Part shown: piece by piece, positions 20,485-31,415 of the stretch
How positions within the stretch are numbered: the stretch's first letter is position 1
Layout: the number at the start of each line of letters is the position of its first letter
Assembly: GCF_000039765.1 (NCBI RefSeq)
Contig: NC_004459.3
Coordinates: 990,001-1,022,000 of the forward strand
Direction of reading: 5' to 3'
From: Vibrio vulnificus CMCP6
GTDB taxonomy: Bacteria > Pseudomonadota > Gammaproteobacteria > Enterobacterales > Vibrionaceae
Length of the DNA stretch: 32,000 nucleotides
Program-made: the position numbers and the translations under genes
Notes under the pieces: model-generated
The model's input: only the letters and a program-made list of their open reading frames with translations
Told to the model about the DNA's origin: nothing
Database searches by the model: none

Positions 20485-21846
20485 ATGACAACAGATACGA
20501 TTGTCGCCCAGGCTACAGCGCCGGGCCGAGGTGGTGTCGGGATTATTCGTGTTTCTGGCCCGCAAGCCGCTCAAGTTGCCTTGGAAGTAACAGGTAAGAC
20601 GCTAAAAGCGCGCTACGCTGAATATCTCCCTTTTAAAGCCCAAGATGGTAGTGAACTTGACCAAGGGATCGCCCTGTTCTTCCCAAATCCTCATTCATTT
20701 ACTGGCGAAGATGTCCTTGAGTTGCAAGGCCACGGCGGCCCTGTGGTGATGGACATGCTGATTAAACGCATCCTGACCATCTCTGGTGTTCGCCCCGCAA
20801 GACCAGGGGAGTTTTCTGAGCGAGCCTTCCTTAACGATAAGATGGACCTCACGCAAGCTGAGGCGATCGCAGACCTGATTGATGCCAGCTCCGAAGAAGC
20901 GGCCAAATCAGCACTCCAATCGCTACAAGGGCAATTTTCTAAGCGAATTCATACGCTGGTGGAATCTCTCATCCATCTGCGCATCTACGTTGAAGCGGCC
21001 ATCGATTTTCCTGAAGAGGAAATCGACTTCTTAGCCGATGGTAAAGTGGCGGGCGATCTGCAAGCCATCATCGACAACTTAGACGCAGTACGCAAAGAAG
21101 CCAACCAAGGCGCGATTATGCGTGAAGGGATGAAAGTGGTGATTGCGGGTCGACCAAATGCCGGTAAATCGAGCTTGTTGAATGCGCTATCAGGTAAGGA
21201 TTCCGCGATTGTCACCGACATTGCTGGCACCACACGTGATGTCCTCCGTGAGCATATCCATATCGATGGCATGCCATTGCACATCATCGATACCGCTGGT
21301 CTGCGTGATGCTTCAGACGAAGTAGAAAAAATCGGTATCGAGCGCGCTTGGGATGAGATCCGTCAAGCCGATCGCGTACTCTTCATGGTCGATGGCACCA
21401 CCACCGACGCCACCGACCCTAAAGAAATCTGGCCAGACTTTATTGATCGCCTGCCAGAACAAATCGGCATTACCGTGATCCGCAACAAAGCGGATCAAAC
21501 CCAAGAATCACTCGGGATCTGCCATGTTAGTCAACCGACGTTGATCCGTTTGTCGGCCAAAACAGGTCAAGGCGTTGATGCATTGCGTAATCACCTAAAA
21601 GAGTGCATGGGCTTTTCTGGCAACAGTGAAGGTGGCTTTATGGCAAGACGCCGACATCTGGATGCACTTCAGCGCGCCGCAGAGCACCTGCTGATTGGCC
21701 AAGAACAATTGGAAGGGTATATGGCCGGAGAAATTCTTGCAGAAGAACTCCGCATCGCTCAGCAGCATCTCAACGAGATCACGGGCGAGTTTAGTTCCGA
21801 CGATTTGCTCGGACGTATTTTCTCTTCATTCTGTATCGGAAAATAA
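20485..21846 (+). CDS. mnmE: tRNA modification GTPase MnmE (TrmE/ThdF)
   Basis: The ORF-track start at 20458 is over-extended. ATG 20485 gives [25 protein letters not shown], matching the E. coli MnmE N-terminus, and 453 aa. The G-domain motif [14 protein letters not shown] and the C-terminal CIGK are present. Confidence 0.95.
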   Translation: MTTDTIVAQATAPGRGGVGIIRVSGPQAAQVALEVTGKTLKARYAEYLPFKAQDGSELDQGIALFFPNPHSFTGEDVLELQGHGGPVVMDMLIKRILTISGVRPARPGEFSERAFLNDKMDLTQAEAIADLIDASSEEAAKSALQSLQGQFSKRIHTLVESLIHLRIYVEAAIDFPEEEIDFLADGKVAGDLQAIIDNLDAVRKEANQGAIMREGMKVVIAGRPNAGKSSLLNALSGKDSAIVTDIAGTTRDVLREHIHIDGMPLHIIDTAGLRDASDEVEKIGIERAWDEIRQADRVLFMVDGTTTDATDPKEIWPDFIDRLPEQIGITVIRNKADQTQESLGICHVSQPTLIRLSAKTGQGVDALRNHLKECMGFSGNSEGGFMARRRHLDALQRAAEHLLIGQEQLEGYMAGEILAEELRIAQQHLNEITGEFSSDDLLGRIFSSFCIGK

Positions 21847-21850
21847 CTTC

Positions 21851-21877
21851 AAAGCGTGGCCATTGGCTGCGCTTTTT
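21851..21877 (+). terminator. mnmE terminator hairpin
   Basis: AGCGTGGC (21853-60), CATTG loop, GCTGCGCT (21866-73). The stem has two G-U pairs, a flanking AA/TT extension and a following TTTT. Confidence 0.6.
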
Positions 21878-21893
21878 CATTTAAGGACATACT

Positions 21894-22328
21894 ATGATTC
21901 ACATCATCACAGGCAGCACACTCGGTGGCGCAGAATACGTGGGCGATCACTTGAGTGACCTACTGCAAGAGGCTGGGTTTGAAACCACCATTCACAATCA
22001 CCCTCAGTTAAGCGAAATCCCTAATCAAGGCACCTGGTTGATCATCACCTCTACGCATGGCGCAGGCGAATATCCAGACAACATTCAGCCTTTTATCCAC
22101 GCTCTGCAAGCGACCCCACCGAAAATGAGTGATGTTCGTTATGCTGTTGTAGCGATTGGAGACTCCAGTTATGACACTTTTTGTGCCGCGGGTCTGCACG
22201 TCCACGCGTTACTGACTGACATTGGCGCCAGTGCGATCACTCAGTGTCTGACCATTGATGTGCTCAGCCATACCGTACCAGAAGACGCCGCCGAAGTTTG
22301 GCTAAAACAACATATCGAGCAGTTTTGA
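21894..22328 (+). CDS. mioC: FMN-binding flavodoxin-like protein MioC
   Basis: 144 aa. [17 protein letters not shown]...[13 protein letters not shown]...YDTFCAAG parallels E. coli MioC. It lies adjacent to oriC and reads toward it. Confidence 0.93.
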   Translation: MIHIITGSTLGGAEYVGDHLSDLLQEAGFETTIHNHPQLSEIPNQGTWLIITSTHGAGEYPDNIQPFIHALQATPPKMSDVRYAVVAIGDSSYDTFCAAGLHVHALLTDIGASAITQCLTIDVLSHTVPEDAAEVWLKQHIEQF

Positions 22329-22336
22329 TGCCTATT

Positions 22337-22361
22337 GCGGGGGAAGCACTCCCTCGCTTTT
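22337..22361 (+). terminator. hairpin plus T-tract after mioC, at the oriC border
   Basis: GCGGGGGA (22337-44), AGCAC loop, TCCCTCGC (22350-57), then TTTT. One G-U pair. Confidence 0.5.
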
Positions 22362-22367
22362 CCCTTC

Positions 22368-22691
22368 TGTGAATAACCTTTCTACAAATCCCATCATCAA
22401 TTCGACGAAAAATCACACGATCCATCTGTGGATAAAATAGAGAAGATCCAGTGTTTTTCCTATAGTTATCCAAATAATAACTTTTACACTTCGCGTCCCC
22501 TGTGCATAACCACCCATTTTGATCCCAGGTAATCCTTATGTAGATCAAATCATGATCACACGATATGATCCAAATAAGATCCATGATCTTGTTGATCATT
22601 TTTAACTTATCCACAGATCACCTCGATCCTAATAATAGATCCAATAAAAGATCATATATAAAGATCTTTATATATATTTAGTGGGATGATC
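22368..22691. other. oriC: chromosomal replication origin oriC (E. coli-type, chromosome 1)
   Basis: DnaA boxes: TGTGAATAA 22368-76, TGTGGATAA 22427-35, TTATCCAAA 22466-74, TGTGCATAA 22501-09, TTATCCACA 22607-15. GATC-headed AT-rich repeats start at 22625, 22638, 22650 and 22663 (GATCCTAATAATA, GATCCAATAAAA, GATCATATATAAA, GATCTTTATATAT). I count 15 GATC sites between 22419 and 22691. The mioC and mnmG flanks and the box orientations match E. coli oriC. Confidence 0.92.
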
Positions 22692-22796
22692 TCGTGATTC
22701 GCGAGACGAAAACAATTTTCACTCATCCACAAAAGAAGGTAGAATATCGCTCTTTTTCTCTCACTGTTGAATCCTTTGAATACCTGAGGTCAGTTC

Positions 22797-24695
22797 ATGC
22801 TTTATCACGAAACATTTGACGTCATTGTTGTCGGTGGCGGACACGCAGGAACGGAAGCCGCACTCGCATCAGCACGCACCGGTCAGAAGACCTTATTACT
22901 CACGCACAATATCGATACCTTGGGCCAAATGTCTTGTAACCCAGCCATTGGTGGTATTGGTAAAGGGCATTTGGTCAAAGAAGTGGATGCGATGGGTGGT
23001 TTGATGGCGCAAGCGATCGATCACGCGGGTATTCAGTTTAGAACACTAAACGCCTCGAAAGGGCCAGCAGTGAGAGCAACACGTGCACAAGCCGACCGAG
23101 CGCTTTACAAAGCTTACGTGCGTGATTTTCTCGAAAATGCGCCGAATCTGACCCTTTTCCAACAAGCAGTGGATGACTTAATTGTCGAACAGGATCAAGT
23201 TCGTGGTGTGATCACGCAAATGGGATTAAAGTTCCATGCCAAAGCGGTCGTTCTGACGGTAGGTACTTTCCTTGGTGGAAAGATCCACATCGGTTTGCAA
23301 AGCTCTTCTGGTGGACGCGCAGGGGATCCTCCTTCGATCGCGTTGGCCGATCGTCTGCGTGAACTGCCATTTAGAGTCGATCGACTCAAAACGGGTACAC
23401 CACCACGCATCGATGCACGTAGTGTCGATTTTTCTGTGTTAGAAGCACAACACGGTGACAATCCAACGCCTGTATTCTCCTTTATGGGCGATCGCACTCA
23501 TCACCCACGTCAAATTCCTTGTTTCATTACCCATACCAATGAACAGACGCATGAGGTGATTCGTAACAACCTTGATCGTAGCCCAATGTACGCTGGTATC
23601 ATCGAAGGTATTGGCCCTCGTTACTGTCCTTCTATCGAAGACAAAGTGATGCGCTTTGCCGATAAGAACAGCCACCAAATCTTCATCGAACCAGAAGGTT
23701 TAACGACTCACGAATTGTATCCAAACGGCATCTCCACCAGCTTGCCATTTGATGTGCAGGTGCAGATTGTTCGTTCGATGAAAGGTTTTGAAAACGCGCA
23801 CATTGTTCGCCCTGGTTACGCAATTGAATACGATTTCTTCGATCCACGTGACTTGAAACAGACTTACGAAACCAAGTTTATCCAAGGTTTGTTCTTTGCT
23901 GGCCAAATTAACGGCACGACTGGTTACGAAGAAGCAGCCGCACAAGGTTTGATGGCGGGTCTCAATGCCAGCTTGTTCAGCCAAGAGAAAGAAGGTTGGA
24001 GCCCACGTCGCGATCAAGCCTACATGGGCGTATTGATCGACGATCTCTCAACCATGGGTACCAAAGAACCATACCGCATGTTCACATCGCGTGCGGAACA
24101 CCGCTTGTTACTGCGTGAAGACAACGCGGATCTACGTTTGACAGAAAAAGCACGCGAACTCGGCTTGGTCGATGATGCTCGTTGGGCTCGTTTTAACCAG
24201 AAGATCGACAATATGGAGCAAGAGCGTCAACGTCTGAAATCGACGTGGATGAATCCGGCTTCTACTGGTATTGAAGAGCTTAACCAATTATTAAAATCAC
24301 CAATGAACCGTGAAGCCAGCGGTGAAGATCTTCTTCGTCGCCCAGAGATGACTTATGAGCAGCTCACTTCGTTGGCCGCTTTTGCACCTGCACTCGACGA
24401 TCTTGAAGCCGCAGAACAAGTGGAAATTCAAGTGAAATACGAAGGCTACATCAAGCGTCAGCAAGATGAGATTGAAAAATCCCTGCGTCATGAACACACC
24501 AAATTGCCAGCGGATCTTGATTACAGCGATGTGAAAGGCTTATCCAACGAGGTGGTACTTAAACTCAACACCGCCAAGCCCGAGACATTGGGGATTGCAT
24601 CACGCATTTCTGGTATTACGCCTGCGGCCATTTCGATTTTGCTGGTTCACTTAAAGAAAATCGGCATGTTGAAAGTGGGAGAAGAAAACGCATGA
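22797..24695 (+). CDS. mnmG: tRNA uridine 5-carboxymethylaminomethyl modification enzyme MnmG (GidA)
   Basis: 632 aa. [21 protein letters not shown] (FAD fold) ... [18 protein letters not shown]. Confidence 0.98.
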
Positions 24696-25327
24696 GTGCT
24701 CTTCGCCAAAAACTGGATGCTTTAATCGAGCAAACCGATTTGCAGGTCAATGAACGTCAACGTGAACAACTGTTAGGTTATGTGGAACTGCTCAATAAGT
24801 GGAACAAAGCCTATAACCTGACCTCTGTGCGTGATCCGCAAGACATGCTGGTGAAACATATTCTCGATAGCATCGTAGTAGCGCCTCACCTTGACGGTGA
24901 GCGTTTTATCGATGTGGGTACTGGACCTGGATTGCCTGGTATTCCGTTGGCGATCATGCATCCAGAGAAAACGTTCTTTTTGTTGGACAGCTTAGGTAAG
25001 CGCATTCGCTTTATCAAACAAGTTCTCCATGAACTAAAGATTGAAAATGTGACCACGGTGCAAAGTCGTGTCGAAGAGTTCCAGCCAGAAGAAAAATTTG
25101 ATGGTGTTCTAAGTCGCGCATTTGCTTCAATGACAGATATGGTGGAGTGGTGTCATCATCTACCGAAAACGGGTCAAGGTGTCTTCCTTGCTCTAAAGGG
25201 GCTGCACCCTAAAGATGAAATTGATCAGCTTCCTGAGTGGTGCAGTGTGACGGAGATCATATCTTTGACTGTTCCTGAGTTGGAAGGGGATCGCCATCTA
25301 GTAATCTTATCGCGCAAGGATAATTAG
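24692..25327 (+). CDS. rsmG: 16S rRNA (guanine527-N7)-methyltransferase RsmG (GidB)
   Basis: 211 aa. ATGA overlap with mnmG. Motifs [15 protein letters not shown] and [15 protein letters not shown] (SAM site). Confidence 0.96.
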
Positions 25328-25337
25328 CGAGGTCATC

Positions 25338-26111
25338 GTGGGTAAAATAGTAGCAATTGCCAACCAGAAAGGTGGTGTGGGTAAGACAACAACGTGTGTC
25401 AATCTAGCAGCGTCAATGGCCGCAACCAAACGCAAAGTATTGGTGATAGATTTGGACCCACAAGGTAACGCTACGATGGCGAGTGGTGTGGACAAATACA
25501 TGGTGGATGCCACCGCATACGACTTGCTGGTTGAAGAAACCCCATTTGACCAAGTGGTGTGCAAAACGACCACTGGAAAATATGATCTGATTGCGGCGAA
25601 TGGCGACGTCACCGCCGCAGAAATCAAATTGATGGAAGTGTTCGCGCGAGAAGTCCGTCTAAAGAACGCTTTGGCGTCAGTTCGCGATAACTATGATTTC
25701 ATCTTTATTGATTGTCCTCCTTCTTTAAACCTTCTTACAATCAATGCCATGGCTGCGGCGGATTCCGTGCTGGTGCCAATGCAATGTGAATATTTTGCAT
25801 TAGAAGGTTTAACGGCTCTTATGGATACCATTAGTAAGTTGGCGGCAGTGGTGAACGACAAACTCAAAATCGAGGGATTGTTGCGTACCATGTACGATCC
25901 TCGCAACCGCCTGTCTAATGAAGTCTCCGATCAACTCAAAAAGCATTTCGGCAGTAAAGTCTACCGTACAGTGATCCCACGAAACGTGCGCTTAGCAGAA
26001 GCGCCAAGTCATGGGAAACCGGCAATGTACTACGACAAGCACTCTGCAGGCTCAAAAGCGTATTTAGCGCTGGCGGGGGAAATGCTGCGTCGAGAAGAAA
26101 TCCCAGTTTAA
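25338..26111 (+). CDS. parA: chromosome partitioning ATPase ParA (Soj family)
   Basis: 257 aa. GTG start with GAGG 5 nt upstream. Deviant Walker A KGGVGKTT and the block NLLTINAMAAADSVLVPMQCEYFALEGL. Confidence 0.95.
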   Translation: MGKIVAIANQKGGVGKTTTCVNLAASMAATKRKVLVIDLDPQGNATMASGVDKYMVDATAYDLLVEETPFDQVVCKTTTGKYDLIAANGDVTAAEIKLMEVFAREVRLKNALASVRDNYDFIFIDCPPSLNLLTINAMAAADSVLVPMQCEYFALEGLTALMDTISKLAAVVNDKLKIEGLLRTMYDPRNRLSNEVSDQLKKHFGSKVYRTVIPRNVRLAEAPSHGKPAMYYDKHSAGSKAYLALAGEMLRREEIPV

Positions 26112-26135
26112 CCTTCACCAAAGGAATTCATACCA

Positions 26136-27017
26136 ATGTCTAAGCGTGGTCTAGGAAAGGGGCTGGATGCACTGTTGTCTACCAGTTCATTAGCTCGTGA
26201 GAAACAACATATCGCCACTCAGAGTCAGGCACTTTCCGCGGAAGGAGAGTTGACCGATATTGCGGTAGGTCAGTTGCAACCTGGGGTATACCAACCACGA
26301 AAAGACATGTCACCACAGGCGCTGGAAGAATTGACGGCCTCGATTCAGTCGCAAGGCATCATTCAGCCGATCGTGGTTCGACCGGTGCAAGATGGCCATT
26401 TTGAGATCATTGCCGGTGAGCGACGTTGGCGAGCCGCCAAATTAGCAGGGTTAAAACGCGTTCCTTGCTTGATCAAGCATGTCGAAGATCGTGCTGCTAT
26501 CGCCATGGCGTTGATCGAAAATATTCAGCGCGAAGATCTTAATGTGATCGAAGAAGCGCAAGCGCTTGAGCGATTGCAAGACGAGTTTTCTCTGACTCAT
26601 CAGCAAGTGGCGGATGTGATTGGTAAGTCACGTACTGCGGTGAGCAACCTGCTTCGACTGAATGGCTTGGAGCTAGAAGTGAAACAGTTTGTTGCACAGA
26701 AACTGCTCGATATGGGTCATGCTCGTGCCTTGTTAGCGTTGGAAGGCGAGCAACAAGTGGAAGTGGCTCAGCAGGTCGCCAGCAAAGCGCTCACGGTTCG
26801 TCAAACTGAGCAGTTGGTAAAAAAATGTCTCACACCTAAGGTTGAAGAAAAAAATCAGCCAAAAGATGAAGAAACACAACAAATATCACAAAAACTAAGT
26901 GAAACGTTGGGAGCAAAGGTTTCTTTAGTGAGAAATGGCAATGGAAAAGCCAAATTGACGATAAGTATTGATGAGCCTCACAAATTAGAGCAACTAATTG
27001 CCAAGCTAGAGAGCTAA
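26136..27017 (+). CDS. parB: chromosome partitioning protein ParB (Spo0J family)
   Basis: 293 aa. The ParB box IQPIVVRP....FEIIAGERRWRAAKLAG and the HTH block LTHQQVADVIGKSRTAVSNLLRL. Confidence 0.95.
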   Translation: MSKRGLGKGLDALLSTSSLAREKQHIATQSQALSAEGELTDIAVGQLQPGVYQPRKDMSPQALEELTASIQSQGIIQPIVVRPVQDGHFEIIAGERRWRAAKLAGLKRVPCLIKHVEDRAAIAMALIENIQREDLNVIEEAQALERLQDEFSLTHQQVADVIGKSRTAVSNLLRLNGLELEVKQFVAQKLLDMGHARALLALEGEQQVEVAQQVASKALTVRQTEQLVKKCLTPKVEEKNQPKDEETQQISQKLSETLGAKVSLVRNGNGKAKLTISIDEPHKLEQLIAKLES

Positions 27018-27114
27018 ATGAGATAATTGATTTAGGTCAATTATGTAAAAAAGCAATTTTTGTACGAAAGTTGTCGGTTTGTAAACAAAACTGTAAGTTT
27101 TTGCTGCGTTTTAA

Positions 27115-27142
27115 TTGCAATCAGTTGGACTCACCGTATAAT
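27115..27142 (+). promoter_or_regulatory. atp operon sigma70 promoter
   Basis: TTGCAA (27115-20), 16 nt, TATAAT (27137-42), about 65 nt upstream of atpI. Confidence 0.6.
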
Positions 27143-27206
27143 TTTCCGCAACTTCCCAGACCCTCAAAAACGGAGGAGCCGTGGGATTTACTAGAGGTAC
27201 GAATAC

Positions 27207-27596
27207 ATGGTAGCTGCGTTGGCTAGGCCAGGACGAGAGCTTGCAAAGCAATTGTTAATGATCGAGTCCGGCGCGGTTATTTTTGTGGCAGCAGGAGTGG
27301 CTTTGGTTGTGAATGCTGAGTGGGGATTTTCCTCGCTGATAGGCGGCGGCATTTTTGTTGTCGCCAATGCAGTATTTTCTGTGTGTGCATTCTTGTTTGT
27401 AGGAGCGAGAGCGTCAAAGTACGTTGCTATCTCTTTCTACACGGGTGAAGCGCTGAAAATTCTCATTACAGTAGTGCTGTTTTCTGTCGCCTACATGTAT
27501 ATGCAGGTGGAACTTGTTCCCCTGAAACTAACCTATTTGCTGGTTCTTGGTATTAATATCTTTGCGCCAGCGCTATTCATTAACAACAAAAAATAG
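27207..27596 (+). CDS. atpI: F0F1 ATP synthase protein I
   Basis: 129 aa hydrophobic protein, first gene of the atp operon, ending ...APALFINNKK like E. coli AtpI. An in-frame TAG at 27192-94 excludes earlier starts. Confidence 0.88.
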   Translation: MVAALARPGRELAKQLLMIESGAVIFVAAGVALVVNAEWGFSSLIGGGIFVVANAVFSVCAFLFVGARASKYVAISFYTGEALKILITVVLFSVAYMYMQVELVPLKLTYLLVLGINIFAPALFINNKK

Positions 27597-27601
27597 GATG
27601 A

Positions 27602-28417
<816 letters not shown>

Positions 28418-28457
28418 TTTTGTTTATTCTTATTAGACTTTTAGTTAATCGCTATAA

Positions 28458-28727
<270 letters not shown>

Positions 28728-28798
28728 TCATCGGTATTGAGCGGCATGCGTCAGCGTGTCCTTGATGAACACTAATTCCGAATAGAGGGGTAGCTGTT

Positions 28799-29269
28799 GT
28801 GAATATGAACGCAACTCTGCTAGGTCAAGCAATCTCGTTTGCTATGTTTGTGTGGTTCTGTATGAAGTACGTATGGCCACCAATCATGCAAGCGATTGAA
28901 GAGCGTCAGAAGAAAATTGCTGACGGTCTACAAGCAGCAGAACGTGCTGCAAAAGACTTAGATCTAGCACAAGCTAATGCTTCTTCTCAATTGAAAGAAG
29001 CAAAGCGCACAGCAACTGAGATCATCGAACAAGCGAACAAACGTAAAGCTCAAATCTTGGATGAAGCTCGCGAGGATGCACAGACTGAACGTCAAAAAAT
29101 CCTAGCGCAAGCGGAAGCTCAACTTGAAGCTGAACGTAATCGTGCACGCGATGAACTGCGCAAACAAGTTGCAACTCTGGCTGTAGCTGGTGCAGAGAAA
29201 ATCCTTGAGCGTTCAATCGATAAAGATGCGCACAAAGATATTCTCGATAACATTACTGCAAAACTTTAA
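28799..29269 (+). CDS. atpF: F0F1 ATP synthase subunit b
   Basis: 156 aa with a GTG start. [28 protein letters not shown] parallels E. coli AtpF over the same length. Confidence 0.96.
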
Positions 29270-29283
29270 GTTTGGGGGCGAAC

Positions 29284-29817
29284 ATGGCTGATTTTACAAC
29301 AATCGCGCGCCCCTATGCTAAAGCAGCCTTTGACTTTGCGGTAGAGAAAGGCCAACTAGACCAATGGGGTCAAATGTTGTCTTTCGCTGCTGAAGTAGCC
29401 CAAAACGAACAAATTAGTGAGCTGTTATCTGGCTCAATGTCAGCCGACAAACTGGCTGAACTGTTTATTGCGATTTGTGGCGAACAAGTGGATGAATTTG
29501 GTCAAAACCTTCTTAAGGTGATGGCGGAGAATGGTCGTCTTGCGGCCCTTCCTGATGTATGTACCCTGTTCTTCGTTTTGAAGAAAGAGCATGAGAAAGA
29601 GATTGATGTAGAAGTGATTTCTGCAACCGAACTTTCTGATGAACAATGTGCAAACATCAGTCAGAAACTTGAACAGCGTCTAGAGCGCAAAGTTAAGCTG
29701 AATTGCAGTGTAGATGAGGCCCTACTAGGTGGGGTGATAATTCGAGCCGGAGACTTAGTCATCGATAACTCAGCTCGCGGTCGTCTGAATCGCCTGAGCG
29801 ATGCATTGCAGTCTTAA
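29284..29817 (+). CDS. atpH: F0F1 ATP synthase subunit delta
   Basis: The track start TTG 29272 is over-extended. ATG 29284 gives [19 protein letters not shown] and 177 aa, as in E. coli AtpH. Confidence 0.95.
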   Translation: MADFTTIARPYAKAAFDFAVEKGQLDQWGQMLSFAAEVAQNEQISELLSGSMSADKLAELFIAICGEQVDEFGQNLLKVMAENGRLAALPDVCTLFFVLKKEHEKEIDVEVISATELSDEQCANISQKLEQRLERKVKLNCSVDEALLGGVIIRAGDLVIDNSARGRLNRLSDALQS

Positions 29818-29830
29818 TGGGGATTGGAGC

Positions 29831-31372
29831 ATGCAACTTAATTCCACGGAAATTAGCGATCTAATTAAACAGCGTATTGAATCTTTCAACGTTGTTAGTG
29901 AAGCTCGCAATGAAGGTACTATCGTATCGGTAAGCGACGGTATCATTCGCATTCACGGCCTAGCGGACGTGATGCAAGGTGAAATGATTGAATTACCGGG
30001 TGGCCGTTATGCACTAGCACTTAACCTTGAGCGTGACTCGGTTGGTGCGGTAGTAATGGGTCCATATGCTGACCTTAAGGAAGGCATGAAAGTAACAGGT
30101 ACTGGTCGTATTCTTGAAGTGCCAGTTGGTCCTGAGCTATTGGGTCGTGTAGTGAACACACTAGGTGAGCCAATTGACGGTAAAGGTCCAATTGAAGCGA
30201 AATTAACGTCACCTGTTGAAGTGATTGCACCAGGTGTAATCGACCGTCAGTCGGTTGATCAACCTGTACAAACTGGTTATAAGTCAGTTGACTCAATGAT
30301 CCCTATCGGTCGTGGTCAGCGTGAACTTATCATCGGTGACCGTCAGACTGGTAAAACAGCGATGGCGATCGATGCGATCATCAACCAGAAAAACTCTGGT
30401 ATTTTCTCTATCTACGTAGCGATTGGTCAGAAAGCTTCTACTATCGCCAACGTAGTGCGTAAACTGGAAGAGCACGGTGCTCTGAAGAACACAATTGTGG
30501 TTGTGGCTTCAGCATCTGAATCTGCTGCACTGCAATACCTAGCGCCATACGCAGGTTGTGCAATGGGTGAATACTTCCGTGATCGCGGCGAAGACGCACT
30601 GATTGTTTATGATGATCTATCAAAGCAAGCGGTCGCTTACCGTCAGATTTCTCTATTGCTAAAACGCCCACCAGGCCGTGAAGCATTCCCAGGTGACGTA
30701 TTCTACCTTCACTCTCGTCTACTAGAGCGTGCAGCTCGTGTAAACGCAGAGTATGTAGAGCGTTTCACTAACGGTGAAGTAAAAGGTAAGACAGGTTCTT
30801 TAACCGCTCTTCCTATCATCGAAACTCAGGCTGGTGACGTTTCTGCATTCGTACCAACCAACGTAATCTCGATCACCGATGGTCAGATCTTCCTACAAAC
30901 TGAGCTATTCAACGCGGGTGTACGTCCAGCGGTTGATCCAGGTATCTCAGTATCTCGTGTAGGTGGTTCTGCACAAACGAAAATCATCAAGAAGCTGTCT
31001 GGTGGTATCCGTACAGCACTAGCGGCTTACCGTGAACTTGCAGCGTTTGCTCAGTTCTCTTCGGATCTTGATGAAGCGACTAAGAGACAGTTGAACCACG
31101 GTCAAAAAGTAACTGAACTGATGAAGCAGAAGCAATACGCTCCGATGTCAGTGTTTGACCAGGCTCTAACTATCTTTGCGGCAGAGCGTGGCTACCTAAG
31201 CGATATCGAACTTTCTAAAGTTCTTGATTTCGAAGCAGCTCTACTATCGTACGCTCGCGGTCAATACGCTGAATTAGCAGCTGAGATCGACAAGACGGGT
31301 GCTTACAACGATGAAATCGAAGCTCAGTTGAAGAAACTGACTGACGACTTCAAAGCAACCCAAACTTGGTAA
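29831..31372 (+). CDS. atpA: F0F1 ATP synthase subunit alpha
   Basis: The track start at 29801 is over-extended. ATG 29831 gives [16 protein letters not shown] and 513 aa, as in E. coli AtpA. Walker [13 protein letters not shown] lies at 29825-28. Confidence 0.98.
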   Translation: MQLNSTEISDLIKQRIESFNVVSEARNEGTIVSVSDGIIRIHGLADVMQGEMIELPGGRYALALNLERDSVGAVVMGPYADLKEGMKVTGTGRILEVPVGPELLGRVVNTLGEPIDGKGPIEAKLTSPVEVIAPGVIDRQSVDQPVQTGYKSVDSMIPIGRGQRELIIGDRQTGKTAMAIDAIINQKNSGIFSIYVAIGQKASTIANVVRKLEEHGALKNTIVVVASASESAALQYLAPYAGCAMGEYFRDRGEDALIVYDDLSKQAVAYRQISLLLKRPPGREAFPGDVFYLHSRLLERAARVNAEYVERFTNGEVKGKTGSLTALPIIETQAGDVSAFVPTNVISITDGQIFLQTELFNAGVRPAVDPGISVSRVGGSAQTKIIKKLSGGIRTALAAYRELAAFAQFSSDLDEATKRQLNHGQKVTELMKQKQYAPMSVFDQALTIFAAERGYLSDIELSKVLDFEAALLSYARGQYAELAAEIDKTGAYNDEIEAQLKKLTDDFKATQTW

Positions 31373-31378
31373 TAGGTC

Positions 31379-31397
31379 GGTGGCAGTGGCTGCCACC
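31379..31397 (+). other. intercistronic stem-loop between atpA and atpG
   Basis: GGTGGCAG (31379-86), TGG loop, CTGCCACC (31390-97). No T-tract follows, so it is a likely mRNA-stability or processing element rather than a terminator. Confidence 0.5.
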
Positions 31398-31415
31398 AAC
31401 TAATGGAGAGTAACG

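Noticed and set aside
22264-22614. 116-aa minus-strand ORF spanning the mioC end and most of oriC
   Set aside because: It lies across the DnaA-box and GATC array of the origin. It is an open frame in AT-rich non-coding DNA, with no SD and no recognisable protein features.
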